This document shows, in pieces, positions 56,848 to 64,000 of a stretch of DNA of 64,000 nucleotides. Below the pieces are notes generated by a model. The model was not told where the DNA came from. It did no database searches and saw only the letters and a list, made by a program, of their open reading frames with translations. Where the stretch lies: positions 256,001-320,000 of the forward strand of contig CAWCPV010000003.1 of the NCBI GenBank assembly GCA_963797555.1. The letters are read 5' to 3'. Numbering within the stretch: the stretch's first letter is position 1; each line of letters starts with the position of its first letter. The DNA is from an uncultured Gammaproteobacteria bacterium. GTDB lineage: Bacteria; Pseudomonadota; Gammaproteobacteria; CAWCPV01. The position numbers were made by a program, and so were the translations under genes.

Positions 56848-56956
56848 CTCTGGTCCCGGACCGAGTCGAGGCTCTGTGGAAGGTGGATGTGTCTGAAGCT
56901 TCAGGCATATGAGAATATTATCAAACGCTTCAGAACGTTGTGGCCCAACGTTTCAC

Positions 56957-57000
56957 GGGTCCTCCCTGGCCTCCTCCTCTGCGGTCCAACGGGCCTGCGG
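56957..57000 (+). other. Lambda-like cos region
   Basis: GGGTCCT (lambda cosQ sequence) 90 bp before a Nu1-like terS. Confidence 0.5.
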
Positions 57001-57046
57001 GATTTAGCTAGCGTAACGCCTCCCTAGAGGATTCCTTCCCTACCCA

Positions 57047-57547
57047 ATGGGCATCAACGTCAACAAAAAACAGTTGGCCGAGATCTTCGGATTGAGTCAG
57101 AGGACCTTGACCGAGCTGCAACGCGCAGGATTGCCCATCGAGGAGCGCGGCGCCCGCGGCCGGCCGCCATGTGTACGATACAGCCGCGGTCCACGCGTGG
57201 CTCCTGCGGCCGCGAGTCCGTGAAGCATCGCGCCAACGGCGATGGGCGCCCGCTGGACCTGGACCAAGAGCGCGCCAAGCTCGCAGCCGCTGATCGCGCA
57301 TTGAAGGAACAAACCTTGCGCGAGAGGTCGGGCGAGCTGATTGACGCTTCCTGGGTGCGTACTACCGCTCGCACGCTCTGCGCAACCGCCCGCGAGCGGT
57401 TCGAGGTCCTGCCAGACCGCCTGGCTGCAATTCTCGCGGCCGAGAGCGACGAACGGCGGGATTTACGATCTGATGGCGAACGAGATCCGCGCGGTGCTGG
57501 CCGAGTTTGCCGAAGGTTCGATCGAGAAGTTTGGCGAAGTAAGGTAA
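57047..57547 (+). CDS. Terminase small subunit, lambda Nu1-like (frameshifted)
   Basis: MGINVNKKQLAEIFG...YDTAAVHAW...ERAKL...GELID. Confidence 0.85.
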
Positions 57548-57977
57548 TTCCACAGGAGACGAAAATGCACAAGCCACCCGATGACTTCACCCAGAGCCAG
57601 AGCCCGCGTTTGCTGATGCAGCGCGCCGTGGTTTCACTCCCGACCCGGTATCGCCGCCACGGCTGTCCTTGTTGGCGCCGCCTGTGGACCGAGATCGAGC
57701 CGCACCTGAAGAAAGGCGGACATTCCTGCCGCGTTCACGTGCGAGTTCACGCGCACCGAGGCCGAGTTGGCCGCCCGGATCAGCTCGCCTTGCTGGCGGG
57801 CATCGGTCAACGTCGAGGCCGGCGCCCAGGCCGCACCGAGGCCGCCAACGGCAAGCCCGATACCGCGAGCGTAATACGGGTGTGCCGAGCATTCAGCCAC
57901 CACGCATTCGAAACCTCCCGCCGGCGTGAGGTTGTGCTCCAGGATTTCTCTGCTTGTCCTCCTTGCTGAGCTTCGCT

Positions 57978-58144
57978 CGTCCGCGCATGCGCTCGGGCGA
58001 GTTGGACTGGTGGTAACCTTTACCAGAGCTGGTATTGGTTACCAGCTAATTCGCTACGGTCTGCTGGCTCACCCGCAACCACCCCGCTCGGGCGAGTTGG
58101 GCTGGTGGTAACCAATGACAACTTTATCATTGGTTACCACCCAA
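57978..58144 (-). repeat. Cassettes B (57978-58087) and C (58086-58144), inverted relative to A
   Basis: 38-bp palindromes at 58009-58046 and 58104-58141 sharing the flank ctcgggcgagttggrctgg. Confidence 0.9.
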
Positions 58145-58541
58145 ACCTCCGGGCGGTACTAGCGCCATGAGCCGCGAACGCCTCGCCCAAGCTGCTGACG
58201 CTGGCCGAGAGACACGATCCGGCGTTGCACGCGTGGTTCCGTGACTCGCTGGCACGGTGGAAGTGCGGGTCTACCCCTGGAGACCGCCCTGGAGCTGGCA
58301 GGCCCGGGCGCTCGTCGGCTTCGGGATTCCGCCATCCGCGCCTGGCCGAGCTGCTGGACCCGGACGGCCGAGTACTCGCGATGGCACGTCGCTGGGCTTG
58401 TGATGCGTGCGCTCGCCAGGAAGCACACCAGCGGGGAGATTGGCGCCGCGGTCCAAGCTATTCTGGCATTGGGGTGCGTGGTTCCGGGGCGCCGCCGAGT
58501 GTGGAGCCTCCTGGAAGGCAGACAGGGCGGGATGCTGCTGA

Positions 58542-58722
58542 AGGAGGAGGAGCGCAGACAGGGCGGAGACGGGAAGTGCGCGGTTGCCGGCAACGTTGCC
58601 GGAACCGTCGAATCCTACGCCCGTGCTCTCGAGGAGGAGGAGCGCAGACAGTTGGCGAACGGACTGACAAACTTCCGCCAATATTGGCGGAAGTCTCACC
58701 CTACGCCCGTGCTCTCGAGGAG
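58542..58722 (+). repeat. Tandem 86-90-bp units with conserved flanks and different palindromic cores
   Basis: aggaggaggagcgcagacag x2; cctacgcccgtgctctcgaggag x2; palindromes 58587-58602 and 58671-58694. Confidence 0.9.
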
Positions 58723-58808
58723 CTCGCGTTCTTTGCAATTCTCGCCATCGCAATTGCAAAACGACTCTGTTTCGATAGAGCCTCAGAATTTATCGCGAGG
58801 CGCAGATA

Positions 58809-59885
58809 ATGCAGAAGAACGATAAGCCAGATTGACACGCCCGATTCCATTCTCGCCGCGAGCGACGTTCGAGCCGCGATGGGCGATTGGCTCGCGCTTC
58901 GCGCGGGCCTTCTGCGCGCTGATGATGCGGACCCGATAGCCGGTGGAGCTGACTGGATCCGCTCGCACCGGCCACGCTCGCGGATGTTGCTTGCCATCTG
59001 GCGCGGCCGGGGCAGTGGCGTCACCGCTCACGAGGCGGCCCGAGAGTTTCACGGCACCGATTTTACCGATTCGTTGAGCGTCGGATTGTCCCAAGTGGCA
59101 GGCATCGCGTATTCGCGGCAGGCCGCGGAGAATTCGCAAATCTGCAAAGACGTTACGGTCCCGAATCTCCAACCCGTCGCGTTTCCTGTTTTGGACGTTG
59201 GCGAACTCAGCGAAACGCCGAATGCGGGTGGTCCCGTGCAATTCGCGACCACGTTTGCGAGCGATGGCGTATTTGGAAGCAGCGAATGTTTTCTCTGCGC
59301 GTTTCCTGATTCCGCGCAGACTTGCTCGTAAACGACAACGCTGGCATTGTCGCGCTGGCCGTTGCTCAGTTATCTGGGCATGCTGCTGCGTCTCGAGGCC
59401 CAGGCCATCGCTGCAATTCTCGCGAGCCAACGCGAACTTGGGCGATGGCGCGCGCATTGATCGGCATCGGAAAACACCGCGAGCGGTGGGATCACGAGCG
59501 TAACGGGTCTTGCTGCTGCCGCTGGGAAGCTGCGTACGCGGAGCACGTCGGGCGGAAACGTTGCGAACGTGAAGGCGCGCTTCTTGGCTCGTTGCTGGCG
59601 ATGCGGAGTTTGCCGCGTTGACGACCCTTGGCGGTATCATCCGGGCGGCACACCGCGGATCGATGTGGTCACGAATGCGTGGCTACCGGCTGCGACAGCT
59701 TCGTACCTTTTAGCATCTCCAGATGACGCGCCCACTTTCATTCGGCTCGGGCTGACTTCTCCACCGAAGCCAAGCGTGATCCGACGCCGAGCGCCTCCGG
59801 TTTCGACGGATTGGCGTATGTCGTCGAGCACGTTTTCGGAGTTGCGGCTGTTTCTCGGGATGGACTTGTGAAGATAACGGCGTGA
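58809..59885 (+). pseudogene. Multiply frameshifted capsid-like gene homologous to 44963-45985
   Basis: LALRAGL, LVNDN, SYLLA, FDGLAYVVEHVFGVAAVSRDGLVK parallel LLRAGL, MLNDD, WYLT, FDGEAAKCVWAFAAAVLSWRGAVK. Confidence 0.65.
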
Positions 59886-60987
59886 ACGCTATTCAGGTTA
59901 AACCCGTCGTCCGCCAATTCGTAAATGCTGGCATTTGCCGACGCTGCGCCTCGCAGCTCGCCAAAGCTCTTCGCGTCGAGCCACCCGGCGCGCTGTCGGT
60001 CACGATTTGCGCGCGGCGCGGGATGAGCTTTGATCGCAAGCCGCAATTCATCCGGCGACTTGGTTTTCGAGCCGATCGAGGCGGGCGATGTGTTCGCGAA
60101 TGTGGGGACCTGGAACGCTGCAATGAGCCGCGATTCCTGGATCATGATGCGCCTGCGACCCGACGGCTCTCTGACCTTCTTCCGTTCGTGTCTTTCGGCA
60201 GAGGAAGGCGCGGCGATGGCTTCTCGCGATTCGACGCTGCGCCTGATGACCCGCCGGCAGGCCCTGGAGGCGGAGCTGGGTCAGGAGCGCACGATGGTCA
60301 CCGGGCGCATCGGCCGCCGCCGCAGATAAGCCCACCGGCCGCGCCCGATTGGGAACGTCGGGCCGGGATTGCCGCTCCGGTCGAGGCCCGCTCAACCTCG
60401 CCACGCGGCGCTGAGCAGTGCCCTGGCCTCGAGCCTCGTCACCTCGGGGCTGGATTGTTTCACCTCTCCTCCATTCGCCCCGGCTTCGTGCTGGGGTATT
60501 TTTTTGGCCGCCATCCAGTGGCGCAGGGGTGGAGCCACCCAGGACTTAACTTCCTTAATTGTCTATGTAGGCCTGTGGGACTTTTGGTGGGACTTTTTGA
60601 AGTCCCAGCAACGCGCTTAGTGCGGCAACGCTATTGCCGTTGCTGGGACACGCGGGACTTTTGCGGTCCTAGGACTTGTCCCAGGTAGGTAGTCCCATGT
60701 ATCAACAAGCCTTCGGAATGCGCCGGCGAGGTTTACCAACTTTTGGAGTGTACACACTGTTTTTGAGTAAATCCCGACTGAGTGTCTGCTGACTCACCCC
60801 CTGCCGCTCTGCCGCCCGACGCCCCGAGGAAGGCCCCTCTCGCGTCGCTGGAGGCGAGATCGCACCGGCCCCCTTGCCAGGATACCCACCCCGCCCTTGA
60901 CGGCCGGTCGGGCGCCCATGCCCCGGTCGGAATTTTACGGATATTTTACGGAAGCCTCGCTAGCGATCCTGTAAGTCCTTGTTTGTT

Positions 60988-61063
60988 TGGCGTCCCCAAC
61001 GGGATTCGAACCCGTGTTGCAGCCTTGAAAGGGCTGTGTCCTGGGCCTCTAGACGATGGGGAC
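60988..61063 (-). tRNA. tRNA-Glu (TTC)
   Basis: 76-nt cloverleaf, anticodon loop CT-TTC-AA, GTTCGAATC, CCA end. Confidence 0.97.
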
Positions 61064-61115
61064 CTGGATACGTATTGGAACTGAGTGGCGGTTTCGGCAG
61101 AAACGCCGATGGGGT

Positions 61116-61191
<76 letters not shown>

Positions 61192-61208
61192 GCAACGATA
61201 GGGCGGAA

Positions 61209-61237
61209 ACTCTACGCCACGCCCATTCTAGTGTCAA
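61209..61237 (-). promoter_or_regulatory. Sigma70 promoter of the tRNA pair
   Basis: TTGACA-17 bp-TAGAGT. Confidence 0.75.
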
Positions 61238-62647
61238 GCGGAGGCGTGCAAGCGCACATAATCCATTGCCTGGGTAATGCGTTGTACGGCTTTGTCCCGA
61301 CCGACTAGGCAGGTCGTCACGTCGATAGGGGGAGACACGGCTCGACCCGCCAAGGCCACTCGTAGCGGCTGCGCCAGTTTGCCCACCTTAATCCCGCAAG
61401 CATCAGCCACCGCCTGCACGACTTCGTGAATGGCGGCCGCGTTCCATCGCTCGAGTCCCGCGAGCCTTTCACGCAGCATACCCAGAGGCAACGTCACATC
61501 ACGCGTCAGGTGCTTGGCCGCGTCTTTGGCATCGTAGCCCCGGAAGTCCGTGTATATGAAGGCACTGTTGGCTGCCATCTCGACTAGAGTCTTAGCGCGT
61601 TCCCTCTGCGCCAGGACGACGTTCCAGCAGATCGGGCCCGTCCGCGGGGTCGATTCCCAGTCGACCCATATGCCATGCCAGATGCCGAGCCACATGGGCA
61701 GCATCACTCGATTTCAGGTAATGTTGGTTGAGCCAGAGCAGCTTGCCGGGGTTAAAGATAGCAGGGGAGCGGTGGATGTCCTTAAGATCGAAACGTTCTA
61801 TCATCTCGCCCACGGAGAACACTTCCTGGTCTCCGTAGGACCAACCCAGGCGCACCAAGTAGTTCAGCAGCGCTTCGGGCAGATGGCCGTCCTCGCGGTA
61901 CTGCATCACGCTCACCGCGCCGTGGCGCTTAGAGAGACGCTTGGCGTCCTCGCCCAGAATCATGGGGATGTGCGCGTGAACGGGAATGGGTGCGCTCAGC
62001 GCCTTCAAGATATTTATTTGGCGAGGAGTATTGTTGAGGTGATCGTCCCCGCGTACGACGTGCGTAACACCCATGTCCCAATCGTCCACTACCACCGCGA
62101 AGTTGTAGGTGGGCGTGCCGTCCGAGCGCGCGAGCACGAGGTCGTCCAGCTCGCTGTTCTGGAACAGCACCTTGCCCTTGACTAAGTCATCGACGACCAC
62201 ATGTCCATCCATGGGCGTCTTGAAGCGGACGACGGGCTCGACGCCAGGCGGCGGGAACCCGGTGCGTGCGCGGCACCGGCCGTCATAGCGCGGCTTTTCC
62301 CTACGCGCGAGCTGCGTTGCGCGCATCGTATCGAGATCCTCCTTGGTGCAGTAACAACGGTACGCCCTGCCCTCCTCCAGCAGCCGGTCGACGACCTCCC
62401 GGTAACGCTCCAGACGCTGGATCTGGAAGTACGGCCCTTCGTCGTAATCCAGTCCGAGCCACGCCATCCCTTCCAAGATGGCATTGGCGGACTCCGGCGT
62501 CGAACGCCCCACATCCGTATCTTCGATACGCAGCACGAATGTGCCGCCGTGTTTCCGTGCGTAGAGCCAGGAATAGAGCGCCGTGCGGGCGCCACCGATA
62601 TGAAGGTAGCCAGTCGGACTGGGTGCGAAGCGGGTACGAACGGACAT
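61234..62647 (-). CDS. gltX: Glutamyl-tRNA synthetase (canonical copy); frameshift near 61615
   Basis: [21 protein letters not shown]; linked to tRNA-Ala/Glu. Confidence 0.93.
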
Positions 62648-62705
62648 GGCGGTTGATGGCTCCGGGCGAAAAATGGATGTTACCAGTGGGCCCGCGATCA
62701 AGGAA

Positions 62706-62884
62706 CTAGTACTCCATCAATCTGATACATTCGAATAGAGGCGCTTCAACTTGATACGCGCATCGTCTGTGGTAAAGCGCCAATCGACCGGCTTGGTGGA
62801 TTGGTTGCGCGCTTTCGTCCAGGCGTCGACTTCGGAGGTGACGGTTGCGATATCCGGGAGTCGTCGGTTCAGACACTGACGAGG
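62706..62884 (-). mobile_element. IS630-family 3' fragment
   Basis: QCLNRRLPD...VDWRFTTDDARIKLKRLY; CTAG end. Confidence 0.8.
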
Positions 62885-63197
62885 TTAACTCACCCCCGGC
62901 AAAGCCGGGGGCCTATTGGGTGAGCGCCTCAAAGGCGCCATAACACCGCGAGCCGCCCAAGGCGGCTGGACCCACGTCCCCAGCGTCAGCTGATCGTAGC
63001 GCTCGTCCTCTTGCTCTTGGTTGCGGATGTAGGCCCTCACCGTCGCCTCATCTAGGCCCACCGTGGACACAAAGTACCTGCGCGCCCAGAAGTTCTCTCC
63101 GGTGAAGTTCCGCTGCCTGCCTGCGAACCTCCGGGCGATCTGGACGGCGCTCTTGCCTTCGATTCCTTGTGCCCTGCCAACTCGTGGACCATCTGTC
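62885..63197 (-). mobile_element. tnpA: IS200/IS605 tnpA 3' fragment with end hairpin
   Basis: KGKSA...FWARRYFVSTVG...YIRNQ; hairpin cccccggcaaagccggggg. Confidence 0.85.
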
Positions 63198-64000
63198 GAG
63201 ATATAGTCAAGTCTGGTGTATGAGCATGGGCTGAATCAGGCGGCGATCCGGTTGGCTTCCGCAGCTTCCACACGCACTCCATCTTTGAATTTCACTCCGG
63301 CAATGACCTCGGCCAAGCGTTCGAAGCCCCTGAGTCGACGCCAGCGTTTGGCCGCGCTCTGGCCGAGCTTGTAGACCATCGCCAGGAAGCTCTGGCGTGA
63401 CACGCAACCCCGGGTCTTGTCGGTGCGAAGCCGTACTGTGGCGAAGGTCGACTCGATGGGGTTGGTGGTGCGGATGTGCTGCCAATGCACGGCTGGAAAG
63501 TCGTAGAAGGCAAGCAGTTGCTCGCGGTCCTTCTCCAGGCACTGTGCCGCCTTGGGATACTTGTCACGGTGGGTGTCGAGGAACGCCTCAAAGGCCTTCT
63601 GCGCCTGGTGGCGGCTTTCAGCCATCCAGAATCTCGTGAAGAGCGCTCTTGGCCTTCGGCTGGAGACTCTTGGGGAGCTTGTTCAGCACGTTAGCCTCTT
63701 GTGCACCCAACAGCGCTGATGGCGTGTTTGGCCGTAGACTTTGGTGAGCGCCTTCCACAAGCCCAAAGCGCCATCGCCGACGGCGAGTTCGGGACCGACC
63801 TTCAGCCCCTGGTGCTTGAGCCGCGTCAGGACCTCCAGCCAGCTCTGCTCCGACTCCCGGAAGCCGTCCTCGATGGCCACGAACTCCTTGGTGCCCTGTT
63901 CGGTCACTCCGACGATGACGAGCAGGCATTCGCGCGCCTGTTCCCCACGCACATTGAAGTACACCCCATCGGCCCACCAATACACGTAGCGCTTGCCTGA
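63198..64000 (-). mobile_element. IS256-family element, partial and frameshifted
   Basis: WADGVY, VGDGALG, QRCWVHK, IRTTNPIES. Confidence 0.9.

Larger units (their letters stand above)
52286..61037. mobile_element. 8.7-kb phage-satellite (PICI-like) element integrated at tRNA-Glu
   Basis: att direct repeats; int, alpA-like, helicase, terS, capsid; no terL, portal or tail genes recognised. Confidence 0.85.

Noticed and set aside
56738-58087. Diversity-generating retroelement TR/VR pair
   Set aside because: Differences are not adenine-specific and no reverse transcriptase is in the window.
58542-58722. CRISPR array
   Set aside because: Only two units, the variable parts rather than the repeats are palindromic, and there are no cas genes.
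44963-61037. Complete prophage
   Set aside because: No large terminase, portal, tail or lysis genes; size and content fit satellites.

Overview
High-GC bacterial chromosome segment, probably gammaproteobacterial (inferred from cysS/ppi/lpxH, kdsD, minCDE and gltX-tRNA-Ala-tRNA-Glu). 1-24 kb is a large hopanoid lipid cluster (hpnN, A, J, G, shc, squalene synthase, dxs / ispH, hpnH, B, M, vacJ) interleaved with collapsed remnants of a phosphonate (2-AEP/phosphonolipid) pathway. 24-39 kb holds housekeeping genes, including a second GluRS, plus an IS200 relic. 39-44 kb holds small redox genes and IS scraps. 44.8-61 kb is a tRNA-Glu island made of what look like two tandem phage-satellite (PICI-like) elements. 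The right one (52.3-61.0 kb) has an integrase, AlpA-like gene, AAA helicase with iteron-like repeats, a cos-like site, Nu1-like terS and a capsid gene. The left one is reduced to a capsid gene and an att arm, with IS630/IS1182/IS110/IS21 nested between them. The most unusual signal is two sets of short cassettes in the satellite with conserved flanks and variable palindromic cores, which read as alternative pieces of a ParB/HTH-type DNA-binding protein. Many 1-bp frameshifts, even in essential genes, suggest sequencing indel errors, so frameshifts alone are not treated as pseudogenes. All family assignments come from motif recognition, not database searches.
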